In this document: in pieces, positions 15,593-29,416 of the stretch
Position numbering within the stretch: the first letter of the stretch is position 1
Layout of the letters: each line of letters starts with the position of its first letter
Origin: Eledone cirrhosa
Lineage: Eukaryota
Direction of reading: 5' to 3'
Assembly: GCA_964016885.1 (NCBI GenBank)
Contig: OZ024765.1
Span: 21,018,001 to 21,082,000 of the forward strand
Length of the DNA: 64,000 bases
The notes under the pieces: model-generated
What the model saw: only the letters and a program-made list of their open reading frames with translations
Database searches by the model: none
Told to the model about the DNA's origin: nothing
Position numbers and translations under genes: made by a program

Positions 15593-16582
15593 TATATATA
15601 TATGATATGTATATATATATATATACTCTCCTTACTATCCTTACTTTCATATTTCTCCTTGCTTCCCTTTTTTCAATGTATTTGTATAAAAATAAGTACA
15701 TGGAGAAAAGGAGAGTAATGAGAAAAAGAGAGCAAGGGGAGGTTAAGGCAAATATTGCACAAGTTGAAAAAAATCAACTGAAGAGGTAGATTCTGCACTA
15801 AAATGACTTTTCTTCCTTTACAAACACCGAGTTTTCGTATTTTGTAACTCCTGGTACAAAAACTTTCTTCACAAGATTTTCTATCAGCACCAATTTCCTC
15901 GACAAAGACCCTTCAACGTGGAAGGATGATCCTGGTTACAAAAGTGGGCTTGAAAAACTTGAGAAGACACAGTTGTTGTGAATGATGTAGAAAGACGAGT
16001 CAAACTCATTCAGGATTACAATAACATTCTCACAAAAGATGAAACTGAGAAACAATTTGTTTTACAGATCATTACTGAAAACCGTAAAACCTACCCAACT
16101 GCCACTAAATCCTCTCTTATGTAAAAATAATGTTCAATATTCAATATTCAGTGTTCAACTTATGTTTTTGATTCTATAGAAATTATTGTTGTAAATAAGA
16201 ATGTGTTTCTCTTATAGAAGCTGTGAGCTTTATTAAGAAAACCTAATATTTCATGTTATTTCAGAAATTTTTCAAATTAACTCTTGGTAAATTTGATTCA
16301 GAACATTTAAAAACATTTGCTGGGGTTGCCTGGATGTGTCCACATAAATTTCTCTAAGAAGAAAAAAAAAATGGTTGAGAAAGGGAACAGTATCCTGCTT
16401 TTGAACAGAATTAATCGTTGCGTATTCTATGTTCCAACTTCAAGGCGTTTGAAGGTCACCTAACAGTTGTCCGATTGAGCTGAAATTTTGCACACCTCGT
16501 GTTTTTGTTGATTGAAACAGGGTTAGGGGGTGGGAGCAGCAGAAAAATTTCGGTAAATTACCTATTGCTAAGGGCCACCCTA
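15111..16582 (+). mobile_element. hATm-like DNA transposon remnants (short copy 15111-15502; transposase C-terminus plus right end to 16582)
   Basis: TIR GGGTGGCCCTTA at 15113 and TAAGGG(T/C)CACCCTA at ~15489-15502 and ~16569-16582. Frameshifted C-terminal peptide FLDKDPSTWKDDPGY...VVNDVE.RVKLIQDYNNILTKDETEKQFVLQIITENRKTYP at ~15800-16123. Confidence 0.65.
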
Positions 16583-16686
16583 ATATATACATATATACTT
16601 CGGAATAACAGAAAAAAAAAAATCAGGCAGGAGTAAATGTTACAAATATTATTAGTTTCACGTTTGGTGAGAGTTGGGTGTGTGTG

Positions 16687-16739
<53 letters not shown>

Positions 16740-17463
16740 GTGTGTGTGGACTCTGCAAGCCGTAATGAAGGCAATCTGTCTAGGAGGGCAGTGACTGCAA
16801 TTAAAAACAACTGCATGGGGAAGATGTGGGCTCCATAAGCTGTAGTGAAGGCAACCCATCTAGGAGAGTAGACAATACAAATAAAAACTGATACAGGGTG
16901 GAGAGGACTCTTAAATCTGGTAAGACAACCTCTCTAGTGCTGATGGCAGGAACAATGCACCCTGTCAACACTATAAAGGAGCTGATCATCAGATCAGACC
17001 AAAGAAACAATGTCTCCATTAGTCTTTCCATTGCTGATACTATCTGTCTGTCACAACTCCTGACAGAAGGAGAAACATGAAATAAAGTATTTTGCTCAAG
17101 AGCACAACATGTAGGCCTGGTCCAGGAATTGAACCTTCAGCCTTATGATTGCGAGTCCAACACTTTAACCACTTGACCACGCGCCTTCATAATATTTATA
17201 AGTGAGTATTATACAGGTTGAGTTCTTCATTTTACTTAGGACAGAGCTAAGATGTATGAGGATATATATGTATGGTCCCATAACTGATAGAGTCGTAGGG
17301 GTTGCTGTATTGACATACAGGGTTTCTTGGGTATTTTAAACCTGGTGGAGCCCATCCCTCTCCAGGCCTGAGTTCAGCAGATTTCTTCCAGAGAAAGATA
17401 GAAAGTGAGAGAGAGGAAGTGAGCAAGAGATATAGAGGAAGATTTGACCCCAGTACTAGACTG

Positions 17464-17516
<53 letters not shown>

Positions 17517-17613
17517 ACAGATAGAGTGAGAGAGATAGAATGAGAGAGATAAAGTGAGAGAGGAAATGAGAAAGAGATATAGAGCAAGATTTGACCCCAG
17601 TATTAGACTGGTA

Positions 17614-17658
<45 letters not shown>

Positions 17659-17730
17659 GGAGCTTCCAACAGAAATGGTTGCATTCTTTAAGGGTATGTC
17701 AATATTTATTTATAAAACTGATCTATATTA

Positions 17731-17795
17731 TATTTTATCTGATGAAAGCACACCATAATTTGACTTGGTGTCCTTGAAATATGTATAATGAAATA
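17731..17795 (+). ncRNA. Minimal type I hammerhead ribozyme motif
   Basis: tattttat CTGATGA aag-c-acacca(loop)tggtgt-c-ctt GAAA TATGTA TA atgaaata; lies in a ~170-bp TA-flanked element (17657-17832). Confidence 0.8.
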
Positions 17796-17836
17796 AATAT
17801 GGTTTTATAAATATAGTTTCCATTTGTTAATATATC

Positions 17837-17889
<53 letters not shown>

Positions 17890-18119
17890 ATATATGTATA
17901 TATATGGAGAGATAGAGTGAGAGAGAGGAGAGAGGAAATGAGAAAGAGATATAGAGGAAGAATCAACCCCAGTACAAAACTGGTACTTTTTATTATCGAC
18001 CTTGAAAGGATGAAAGGCAAAGTTGACCTCGGCGGGAATTTTACTCAGAAACCAGAGAGTTACGAATACCATAAAGTATTCTGTTTGACATTCACCGCCT
18101 TTATATGTAATACATATAT

Positions 18120-18159
<40 letters not shown>

Positions 18160-18252
18160 CATATATATATACACATATATATATACACACATATATATAT
18201 ATATGTATTTCTATATAGCTATCAATATCTCTCTAATAACATCATCAGCCCC

Positions 18253-18283
<31 letters not shown>

Positions 18284-18412
18284 GTAAGGTGCATTATTGG
18301 TTGTGTAAAATGGTCCAATAACTTTATGTTAGCAATATTAAGTTCTCCACGCTTTTGTATATCTCCAACCCTATTCAGGGGAACAGCTAGATGATGTAAA
18401 ACGGAGTATAAG

Positions 18413-18769
18413 TATCAAAATGAAAATCCGAAGGCAAGGTAAAATTCCAATCATTTAATCACGACACATGTTTCAATAAGAGATAGATCGATTGTGAAGT
18501 CATGATCGATCATCACTGATCTCATCAGGTGAAAATGAATTGTCTTCGAATTCTAGATATGAGGTAGAAAAACTATAATATGAGAGAATGAATTCTGTGA
18601 GAGAAGATAGTTATTTTCTCTCCCTCATGTCAAGGATTTGAAGACAATTTATTTTCACCTGATGAGGTCAGTGATAATCAATCATGACTTCACAATCGAT
18701 CTATCTCTTATTGAAACATGTGTTGTGATTAAATGATTGGAATTCTACTTTGCCTTCGGATTTTCATTT

Positions 18770-18775
<6 letters not shown>
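18413..18775. ncRNA. Fold-back cassette with two hammerhead motifs (18459-18532 minus; 18655-18728 plus)
   Basis: tcac CTGATGA [~47 nt] GAAA CATGTG TC/TT gtga in both arms; arms ~135 bp. Confidence 0.75.
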
Positions 18776-18816
<41 letters not shown>

Positions 18817-18904
18817 CATATATATGTAAGTATGTATATATATATATATATATATATATAAGTATGTATATATATATATAAGTATGTATACATATATATG
18901 TAAG

Positions 18905-18988
<84 letters not shown>

Positions 18989-18990
18989 AG

Positions 18991-19030
<40 letters not shown>

Positions 19031-19877
19031 TAAGGATGATTTTCCGAATGGGATCGGAAAATAAAACCAGTGTTAAATGATATATTTAATAAATTAGGAG
19101 AGAAGAAGCATATTTATTTTATATAGGAATGACTCCTACAGGACTAAATCTGTTTCATTCATATGAAATCATCTACTTCTAGTTCTGTATAAGTCACTTC
19201 TCTATAATATATATATACATATATATATGTAAGTATATACATATATTTATATGTATGTATATATATATATATATTTATATGTATGTATATATATATAAAT
19301 ATATATATATATATACATATGTAGGTATATACATATATTTATATGTATGTATATATATATATATACGTATGTAGGTATATACATATATTTATATGTAAGT
19401 ATGTATATATATATGTATATATATGTGTAAATAAATGTGTGTATATATATATATATATATGTAAGTATATATATTATGTATGTATATACATATATATATA
19501 AATGTATGTGTGTATATATATATATATATATATGTAAGTATGTATGTATATATTTATATATATATATATATATTATGTATGTATATATATATATAATATA
19601 TGTATATATATATACATATATGTATATATATATATACATATATATATACATATATATATAAATGTATGTGTATATATATATGTATATATATGTGTAAATA
19701 AATGTGTGTATATATATATATATATATATGTAAGTATATATATTATGTATGTATATACATATATATATAAATGTATGTGTATATATATATATATGTAAGT
19801 ATGTATGTATATATTTATATATATATATATATTATGTATGTATATATATAATATATGTATATATATATACATATATG

Positions 19878-19911
<34 letters not shown>

Positions 19912-19976
19912 CATATATATATAAATGTATGTGTATATATATATGTAAGTATGTATGTATATATTTATATATACAT

Positions 19977-20056
<80 letters not shown>

Positions 20057-20166
20057 GTAAATAGATAGATAGGGGGGAAGGGAGAGAGGGGGGAGTGGTA
20101 GTGGTGAGTACATGAGGGAGAGGGTATGAGTGCCACTCAGCCCTCAACCCACAAACAAAAGATTTT

Positions 20167-20447
20167 TTAAAGCATCTTCTTAATCTGTTTAGTCTGGTCC
20201 TTTACTTTAGTTGTGGCAGACTTGACGGTGTCGGTCAGTTCGTCCAGTTTCTCGTTCTGTTTAGTCTCCTCCTGGTTTATATTAATGGCCATTGACTTGA
20301 TCTTCGTTAAGATGTTGCTGACCTCCTCCGCTTCGGCGTCGCTCACCAGTTGTTGCTTGTTGCAACTTTTCTGTTCCTGCATCGGATCTTTGTATTCAGT
20401 CGGGGACCTCTCCTGGATCGTGCTCGTGTTGTGGGTTGATGTCGAAC
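20167..20447 (-). CDS. SNAP47: SNAP47-like protein, last coding exon (C-terminal SNARE motif)
   Basis: Acceptor ttctattgtttag|GT is phase 1, matching the upstream donor (A+GT=Ser). Encodes EVSNILTKIKSMAININQEETKQNEKLDELTDTVKSATTKVKDQTKQIKKML*. Joined CDS is 1281 nt = 426 aa. Confidence 0.82.
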
Positions 20448-20474
20448 CTAAACAATAGAAGAAACAATATATAT

Positions 20475-20509
<35 letters not shown>

Positions 20510-20514
20510 CATGA

Positions 20515-20861
20515 TCATCATCATCGTCATTTCATTTTACGTCCGCTTTTTCTTCCCTGCTTGCAAGGGTGGGACGGGAACTGATTCTGGCTTGATTTCT
20601 ACAGCTGGATGCCCTTCCTAACACCAACCTCATTTACAGTGAGTGCTGGGTGCTTTTTTGCCGTGGCACCTCAACGACCACTTTGCAGTGGAATGATAGG
20701 GACCCCAGTCCCTATCATCTCATTTCTACAGCTGAGTAAACTGGAGCAATGTGAAATAAAGTGTCTTGCTCAAGGACACAACACATCACCCGGTCTGAGA
20801 ATTGAACTCACAACCTTTCGATTGTAAGGCCAATGCTCTAACCACTAAGCCACGTGCCTCC
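20515..20861 (-). mobile_element. tRNA-derived SINE family A (Meta-domain-like core, RTE-type tail)
   Basis: Head ggaggcacgtggcttagtggttagagc (A box)...gagttcaattc (B box); core ccttgagcaagacactt; tail cccacccttgcaagcagggaagaaaaagcggacgtaaaatga + (GAT)n. Confidence 0.9.
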
Positions 20862-20867
20862 TATGAA

Positions 20868-20901
<34 letters not shown>

Positions 20902-20963
20902 TGCATATATATATATATCATCATCATTTCATTTTACGTCCGCTTTTATATATATATGAATGC

Positions 20964-20994
<31 letters not shown>

Positions 20995-21121
20995 AAATAT
21001 AAAAAAAATAATGAATAAAACAATGAAACAGTTCCTTATATTAAACAAAAAAAGTTCATTATTTAACGATCGTTTCTAGGACATATATGTGACACTACCG
21101 TAAACTCTTGGTAGATTTATC

Positions 21122-21229
<108 letters not shown>

Positions 21230-21321
21230 AAAGTTCTATTTAAATTGTTGGGATACAACAAGCAAATATTTTTATAACTGATATAAAGCACTCAACAAAT
21301 TATTGGAGTAAACATACGATA

Positions 21322-21630
21322 TATTAACAAATGGAAACTATATTTATAAAACCATATTTATTTCATTATACATATTTCAAGGACACCAAGTCAAATTATG
21401 GTGTGCTTTCATCAGATAAAATATAATATAGATCAGTTTTATAAATAAATATTGACATACCCTTAAAGAATGCGACCATTTCTTTAAGGGTATGTCAATA
21501 TTTATTTATAAAACTGCTCTATATTATATTTTATCTGATGAAAGCATACCATAATTTAACTTGGTGTCCTTCAAATATGTATAATGAAATAAATATGGTT
21601 TTATAAATATAGTTTCCATTTGTTAATATC
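21322..21630. ncRNA. Fold-back cassette in the SNAP47 intron with hammerhead motifs (21359-21423 minus, intact; 21527-21591 plus, GAAA>CAAA)
   Basis: Near-perfect ~150-bp arms around a ~10-nt loop; same family as the 17731 motif. Confidence 0.78.
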
Positions 21631-21755
21631 TTGTATATATATATATATATGAATGCATATATATATATATGCACATACATATATATATACACATACATAT
21701 ATTTATATATATATACATACATGCAGATTATATATATATATATATATATATATAA

Positions 21756-22146
21756 TCCTTGCCTAAGTACAAAGCGAAACCTACAGTCAGTAGGTACCTC
21801 TTAACAAAAATGCACCCCCGTCCCACTACCCCCACCCCATCCACACCACCCCTTTCGATGTAAAGTTATGTTGGTCCCACAACATCCAGCCCGAAACAAA
21901 TGAGGTCGTGTAGGTGTCACGACAAAAAAACACACAGTCCACGCTGTAATGTGGCCGTGTAGGTAACACGGTAAAAACCTCCCAGTCCCACACTGTAAAT
22001 GTGGTTGGTGTTAGGAAGGGCATCCAGCCGTAGAAAACCCGCCAGACAGTCCTATGCGAGCAAGACAACCACTCTTGCCTCAAGTGGGAAAACTCCCGTC
22101 CAAACCCATGCTAGCGTGGAAGATGGACGTTAAACAACGATGATGA
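21756..22146 (+). mobile_element. RTE 3'-UTR-only retroposed copy
   Basis: Matches the reverse complement of 45015-45375. Other copies at 27290-27488, 34215-34568, 52805-53020 and 58810-59236. Confidence 0.8.
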
Positions 22147-22175
22147 TATATATATATACACACACACATACATGC

Positions 22176-22206
<31 letters not shown>

Positions 22207-22277
22207 TACATGCATATATATATATATATATACACACATACATACATGCATATATATATATTTATACACACATAGAT

Positions 22278-22320
<43 letters not shown>

Positions 22321-22326
<6 letters not shown>

Positions 22327-22656
22327 TATCATCATCATCATTTCATTTTACGTCCGCTTTTCCCTGCTTGTAAGGGTGGGACGGGAACTGATTCTGGCTC
22401 GATTTCTACAGCTGGATGCCCTTCCTAACACCAACCTCATTTACAGTGAGTGCTGGGTGCTTTTTTAGCCGTGGCACCTCCACGACCACTTTGCAGTGGA
22501 ATGATAGGGACCCCAGTCCCTATCATCTCATTTCTACAGCTGAGTAAACTGGAGCAATGTGAAATAAAGTATCTTGCTCAAGGACACAACACATCACCCG
22601 GTCTGAGAATTGAACTCACAACCTTTCGATTGCAAGGCCAATGCTCTAACCACTAA

Positions 22657-22661
<5 letters not shown>
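22321..22661 (-). mobile_element. SINE family A
   Basis: Near-identical to the copy at 20515-20861. Confidence 0.9.
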
Positions 22662-22730
<69 letters not shown>

Positions 22731-23000
22731 TATATATACACATACATATACATACATATGTGCATATACATATATGTATGTGTATGTGTGTCGGGTTTAA
22801 TCAGGGGTAACCACAGTAAGGTACTCAATATACTAGCAAGGAAGATGGACATTAAACAGTGATGATGATGATGATGATATATATATATATATATGTGATA
22901 TATATATATATATATGCAAAAGTTATATTTAAATTGTTGGGTTACAACAAGTAAATATTTTATAACTGATATAAAGCACTCGACAAGTTTTTGGAGTAGA

Positions 23001-23373
23001 TATACGATATTAAACAAATGGAAACTATATTTATAAAACCATATTTATTTCATTATACATATTTCAGGGATACCATATTAAAAATATGGCATGCCTTCGT
23101 CAGATAAAATACAATATATAAAGAGTTTTATAAATAATTTTGACGTACCATAACACTATAACTAAATAATTATAAACACTTCACTACCAAGGCAGCTTCC
23201 TAATTTAATGGTCGCTTATATTATGGTACGTCAAAATTATTTATAAAACTGTTTATATATTGTATTTTATCTGATGAAGGCATGCCATATTTTTAATATG
23301 GTATCCCTGAAATATGTATAATGAAATAAATATGGTTTTATAAATATAGTTTCCATTTGTTTAATATCGTATA
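23001..23373. ncRNA. Fold-back cassette in the SNAP47 intron with hammerhead motifs (23046-23111 minus; 23263-23328 plus)
   Basis: tattttat CTGA(T/C)GA agg-c-atgccatatt..aatatggtat-c-cct GAAA TATGTA TA atgaaata; arms ~150 bp. Confidence 0.8.
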
Positions 23374-23692
23374 TATATATATATATATATAGTAATAATA
23401 ATAAATTTGAAGACTAAAATCCAAAGAGGGGTCGATAAGGATAAATATATATCAAATATATAAGAACCGTAGAGCAAATAGAGTACCTGTATATGTTATT
23501 GTTGTAACTAATTATACTTAACAAGTTAAGTATAATTAGTTACAACAGTGACATATACAGGTACTCAAGTTTTCTTGGGTTATAACCCCAACTCATTCAG
23601 AAGGTTATATAATTAAGAAGTCAGTGCCCCAGCATGGTCACAGCCTTATAAACAGAAATGACATGGAAAGAGAAGAAAGGAACAGAACTTAC

Positions 23693-24692
23693 TTTTAATG
23701 GGAAGATCGGAACAGAAGTTCTCTGTTGAGGTGGAGTCCATGAACTCAAACCTGTCCTTGAGACGAGAGGCGAGTCTTTTGACAAACTTATGGATGTGGG
23801 CAGATATGATGTTGTAATTAACGTCAGGTTTACCGAGGGAGAAGTGGCTAATGTGTAGTTCCCAGGGGGTGACAGCTTGGACGCGAGACACATCTGTCCA
23901 GGCATAGTTCTCGACGACGGCCTGCAGCGGTGTGGTAAGGGTGAGACCCTGCTGGCTCAAGCGCAGGATTCCGTCACTGAGTGAGTGCAAGGGGCACTTG
24001 TCCTGGTCCATCTTATAATAGAGTACCTCGTACTCATGGACGTCTGGAATGTCCTTGCTGGTGATGACGACGGGATCGACCACATCGTTGTGTTTCTGTG
24101 TGGTGGACAGTTGTCCAAACCACGACTGCAGGCCCTGGATCAGATTCTCGGACACATCGAGATCTTCTTCGATGTCATACATGATGGAGACACAGTTGTC
24201 AATCTGCTCCCCTTGCGACTCCAACTTCTCGGCAGTCTTCGCCAACGTTCTCTCAGAGTCGGTCACAACTTCCAGGAGTTCTTTTCCTAACTCTGTGCTG
24301 CTCCCATCTTTCGCACCGGGCTTCTCCTTCGGGTCTCTGTCGAACAGACCAAACTTTAAGAAATGGTTCAGGGTTAAACAGACTGCGCTGCGGTCCGTGA
24401 AGGACGAAAACCAGTGAATATCTGGGCTGTTATTTACCGTAATCACCAAAGAACTGAATATAACTGTAGATCTCATCTTCTTAATTGTTTCAACTTGGGA
24501 AAACGGGATAATTAAAATTAATGGAGTGTACGCCTCGTCACCTCCGCCGCCTTCTTCTGCCACCTTGCTGTCATTCTCTTTAAACATGATCTGGTTGGGG
24601 TCAGCCACAAGTCGGCCGTACAGCCATTGAGATGTCTTGTTGCAGTAATACGACGAATACCATTCACGTATGTAGAAGCCAGGCGCAGACAT
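23693..24692 (-). CDS. SNAP47: SNAP47-like SNARE protein, first coding exon (N-terminal PH-like domain, first SNARE coiled coil, second PH-like region)
   Basis: High-complexity ORF MSAPGFYIREWYSSYY...; heptad SNARE motif ELLEVVTDSERTLAKTAEKLESQGEQIDNCVSIMYDIEEDLDVSENLIQGLQSWFG; donor A|GTAAGT at 23692 (phase 1). Family assignment is from recalled domain architecture, not a database search. Confidence 0.8.
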
Positions 24693-25034
24693 TGTCGGGC
24701 TGGGTGTGTCTTATTCTGGTACAGGACAGAGTGTGGTGAAGTTGAGTGGAGTGTGGTGGAGTTGAGTGGAGTGTGGTGGAGTTGAGTAGAGTGTGGTGGA
24801 GTTGAGTAGAGTGTGGTGGAGTTGAGTAGAGTGTGGTGGAGTTGAGTAGAGTGTGGTGGAGTTGAGTAGAGTGTGGTGGAGTTGAGTAGAGTGTGGTGAA
24901 GTTGAGTGGAGTGTGGTGGAGTTGAGTGGAGTGTGGTGGTGTTGAGTGGAGTGTGGTGAAGTTGAGTGGAGTGTGGTGGAGTTGAGTGGAGTGTGGTGGA
25001 GTTGAGTGGAGCAGGACACAAACTGGAACAATTC
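24693..25034 (-). other. Probable 5'UTR part of the SNAP47-like exon, containing a 20-bp minisatellite
   Basis: Acceptor-like tttgttgttattgcag|G at 25035/25034 lies upstream of the ATG at 24692. Confidence 0.5.
24730..25011. repeat. 20-bp minisatellite (~14 copies)
   Basis: Unit gtgtggtggagttgagt(a/g)ga. Confidence 0.95.
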
Positions 25035-25205
25035 CTGCAATAACAACAAACAAAAATACATAAATATATAAAATAACATTGGAACCATATTTTGGGTATA
25101 AATATATTTATAAATATATATATAAATATATATATAAATATATATATAATAATCTATTGTAAAATTGTATTCTTTAAATAATCAACGAACCATATTAATC
25201 TTTGG

Positions 25206-25269
<64 letters not shown>

Positions 25270-26045
25270 CGAAGGAAATGTGGTAAGGAAGCAGGTGGAC
25301 CATAACGCACCAAAGTACTCAATACTTAGGGTAGTAGAGTGGGTAATAGGACTGAGTAGGACCCCGACGGCTGAGCTCAAGCCGTTTCGACATTTTAGTC
25401 CAGATTTAGCCGTCAAAACGGCTTGAGCTCAGCCGTCGGGGTCCTACTCGTTCCTATATATATATATATATATATAGGATAACAAGTTATCATTATAGGT
25501 TGTGAATACTCAGTTAGAAGTTGTGAGTACTCTGTATTGTGCATAGTTTTAACGTACGGCGTTGTTTGACTCAACAAGATGTTTCCATAGTTAGGTAGCT
25601 AGTTCGTGAGGATTCCTATGCAGGTTATTCTTGGAGTAATAATAGTGAAAGGTTGAAGAATAACATGGTCGGCTGTACAAAATAAAACCTTTTTGTACAG
25701 CCGACCATATCTCACCATAAATACATATATATCCATGGTTCTTTTCAGTGGCTGACAATACCTTACCGGTGCCACTCGAATTAGATAATTATTTAATTCA
25801 TAAATGGGGCCCCAACAGGTACCGACATCCAAAGTTGACACTGCACTCAGTGCTCCTATGGGAGCCCCTGCATGGACACACTGGAAGAGGGCGAACGAGG
25901 TTGACATATGTTGATGCCCTAAGGACAGACACTGGTCTGTTGGAGATGCAGGACATGGCAGTGATAATATGGGACAGAGACCGCTGGAGAGAACATGTCC
26001 ATGGATCTCGGGGAAATTTACCGGCCCTAGATATATATATATATA

Positions 26046-26457
26046 TTTCATTCGTTTCATTTTACGTTCGCTTTTTCCCTGCTTGCAAGGGTGGGACGGG
26101 AACTGATTCTGGCTTGATTTCTACAGCTGGATGCCCTTCCTAACACCAACCTCATTTACAGTGAGTGCTAGGTGCTTTTTTGCTGTGGCACCTCCACGAC
26201 CACTCTACAGTGGAATGATAGGGACCCCAGTCCCTATCATCTCATTTCTACATCTGAGTAAAGTGGAGCAATGTGAAATAAAGTGCCTTGCTCAAGGAAA
26301 CAACACATCACCCAGTCTGAGAATTGATGTGTTGTTTCCTTGAGCAAGACACCTTATTTCACATTGCTCCAGTTTACTCAGCTGTAGAAATGAGATGATA
26401 GGGACTGGAGTCCATATCATTCCACTGCAAATATATATATATATTTGAAGCCCCCTC

Positions 26458-26523
<66 letters not shown>

Positions 26524-26833
26524 GAGGGGGCTTCAAAAGTGTGCAAGGGTGCGACGGGAACTGATTCTGGCTTAATTTCTACAGCTGGATGCCCTTCCTA
26601 ACACCAACCTCATTTACAGTGAGTGCTGGGTGCTTTTTTGCCATGGCACCTCCACGACCACTTTGCAGTGGAATGATAGGGACCCCAGTCCCTATCATCT
26701 CATTTCTACAGCTGAGTAAACTGGAGCAATGTGAAATAAAGTGTCTTGCTCAAGGAAACAACACATCACCCGGTCTGAGAATTGAACTCACAACCTTTCG
26801 ATTGCAAGGCCAATGCTCTAACCACTAAGCCAT
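26046..26833 (-). mobile_element. Rearranged SINE family A cluster (copy 26046-26325, inverted piece 26325-26428, copy 26543-26833)
   Basis: Direct sequence identity with the other family A copies. Confidence 0.85.
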
Positions 26834-26902
26834 ATTTTATTATGCGCATTTCAAAAACAAACATCATCCTGGGACGATAGTTGCGTCTCATCAGATAAAA
26901 TA
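26833..26902 (-). ncRNA. Minimal type I hammerhead ribozyme motif
   Basis: tattttat CTGATGA gacgcaac...gtttgttttt GAAA TGCGCA TA ataaaata (perfect 8-bp stem I, perfect palindrome); partial inverted partner at ~27107-27142. Confidence 0.8.
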
Positions 26903-27767
26903 AGGTAACATGACATGATGCCTAAAAAACACTTGTGAACAAGGAAGTGCCCAGTCAACATATGATAAATAAATATAAAGGGATATAGAAGATTGGAAAA
27001 AAAGGAAGGAAGAGGAAAAAAGGAAAAAGAAGAAGATAATGGAGGAAAAATTTAAGAAGGAAGGAGGAGAGAGAAAGAGAAAGGAGAGAGAGAGACATTT
27101 AAATTATATTTGTTTTCGAAATGCACATAATAAAATATATGGAACTTTTTTAACCATCTTTCTTCTTATATATACTCCAGTCCAATAAACTGTTGAGTGC
27201 TACTTATCCGATATATGCATAGTTTTATTGTTCTACAATAAAACTCACCTCCTACATATAATATCATTATATATATATCATCAGACGTGTAGGAGACACA
27301 GTAAAAAGGCTCCCAGTCCACACTGTAAATGTGGTTGGTGTTAGGAAGGGCATCCAACCGTAGAAAACCTGCCAGATAGTCGTATACGAGTGAGACACGG
27401 TCATCTGATCAATCTTGCCTCAAGTGGGACAATTCCCGTCTAACCCATGCTAGTGTGGAAGACAGACATTAAACGATGATGATGATGATATATATATATT
27501 ATCATCATTACTGTTTAATGCCTATTTTTCCACACTAGCATGGGTTAGATGAGCTGTTAGACAAGCCAGATCAGATGACCGTGTCTTACACAGAACTGTT
27601 TTTGGCTTGGTTTCTACAGCTGGATGCCCTTCCTAACACCAACCACATTTACAGTGAGTGTTGCCTATTTTTTATCATGGCACCAAAATGACCACTTTAC
27701 AGTGTGGACTATTATTGGGTCCTTGTGGCATAATGAAGGGCCTTTGGAATGTTACTCGATAGAATGC

Positions 27768-28437
27768 ATAGCTGGGAGATCAGAGAGTCACTCCAGGTAG
27801 AGCTGCTACTTTTCTGAATTGAGAGATCACAGCTCTGATACTATGGACTTGTGGTTAGAATGTCTCAGGAAAGAATCACTGGATAGATTTGTAGCTCAGA
27901 GATCAGAGAGTCACTCCAGGTAGAGCTACTACTTCTCTGAATTGAGAGATCACAGCTCTGATACTATGGACTTGTGGTTAGAATGTCTCAGGAAAGAATC
28001 ACTGGACAGATTTGTAGCTGGGAGATCAGAGAGTCACTCCAGGTAGAGCTGCTACTTCTCTGAATTGAGAGATCACAGCTCTGATACTATGGACATGTGG
28101 TTAGAATGTCTCAGGAAAGAATCACTGGATAGATTTGTAGCTGGGAGATCAGAGAGTCACTCCAGGTAGAGCTGCTACTTCTCTGAATTGAGAGATCACA
28201 GCTGTGATACTATGGACTTGTGGTTAGAATGTCTCAGGAAAGAATCACTGGATAGATTTGTAGCTGAGAGATCAGAGTCACTCCAGGTAGAGCTGCTACT
28301 TCTCTGAATTGAGAGATCACAGCTCTGATACTAAGGACATGTGGTTAGAATGTCTCAGCTCTGAATTGAGAGATCACAACTGTGATACTATGGACATGTG
28401 GTTAGAATGTCTCAGCAAAGAATCACTGGACAGATTT
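27768..28437. repeat. ~123-bp tandem repeat (~5 copies)
   Basis: Unit gctgggagatcagagagtcactccaggtagagctgctacttctctgaattgagagatcacagctctgatactatggacttgtggttagaatgtctcaggaaagaatcactggatagatttgta. Confidence 0.9.
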
Positions 28438-28724
28438 TACAGGCAAAACCAACTGAAAGGAGAGCCAGGGGTAGACATTGAGCAAGATGGTTGGATAACA
28501 TCCTTGAGCTTGGCTGGTCTGGAGATCCAGCCGCATCTGTTGGAGACGATTGCTTCTGACCTGATGGAAGGAGTGTTTGAGAAGGACTCTGACCCTACAA
28601 CCCTCTCAGGAATAAGTGGCTAATTAAGAAATATTAATTATTGTTATTATTACAAAATGGAGAGGGGGGTGGTGGAGGAATAGAAGTAAATCAAATACAA
28701 TCTTGTATGACAATAATAATAATA

Positions 28725-29112
28725 ATGGTTTCTACAAGGCCAGCAATTTTGGGGTAAGGGAAAGTTGATTAAATCAACCCCAGTGTATTACTGGTTAGCT
28801 TTGCCTTTCATCCTTACAGGGTCAATAAAATAAAGTACCAGTAATGTACTGGTCCCTCCCCTTCAAATTACTGGCCTTGTGCCTAAAGTAGAAACAATTA
28901 TTATTTAATCCATTGGCGGTGAATTGGCAGTACAGGTAGAGGGGTGGACGCCATGCTTTGCAGCATAGAGTTACGGCCCTTTAGGGTCTGAGTTCAAATC
29001 TCACTGAGGTTAACTTTGCCTTTCGCCCTTACGGGGTCGATAAAATAAAGAACCAGTAATGTACTGGGGTAATTGCTGGCCTTGTGCCCAAAGTAGAAAC
29101 AATTATTATTAT
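28725..29112 (+). mobile_element. SINE family B cluster (full copy 28915-29112, with fragments upstream)
   Basis: ggcggtgaattggcag head, gagttcaaat B box, gcctttc..ccttacggggtcgataaaataaag core, gtagaaacaattatt tail. Confidence 0.8.
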
Positions 29113-29416
29113 TTAATCCATTCATTACAATATTTCTAATTAAAACAACAAACATTGTCTGTGGTTTTTCAAAGACATTTGAAAAATAATCAAGAATTTG
29201 AAGTGATTAAAATAAGTTTCTCGTTATTAAACTGGTGTTTGGAACATAACTTAACAAATGTTCTACAATAAAATTACAATGGAAGGTTATATATATATAT
29301 AACAGTTTGTATAATAGAACCAGGGGTGTTTCAGGGTTGTTTGAAACATAACTTAACAAAGGTTTTTTAATAAAATTATGATGGAAGGTTTTTTTTTTTT
29401 AGATAAATATAAACAC

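Noticed and set aside
23646-23692. ORF-track C-terminus KFCSFLLFPCHFCL of the SNAP47 ORF
   Set aside because: Intron read-through past the GTAAGT donor at 23692.
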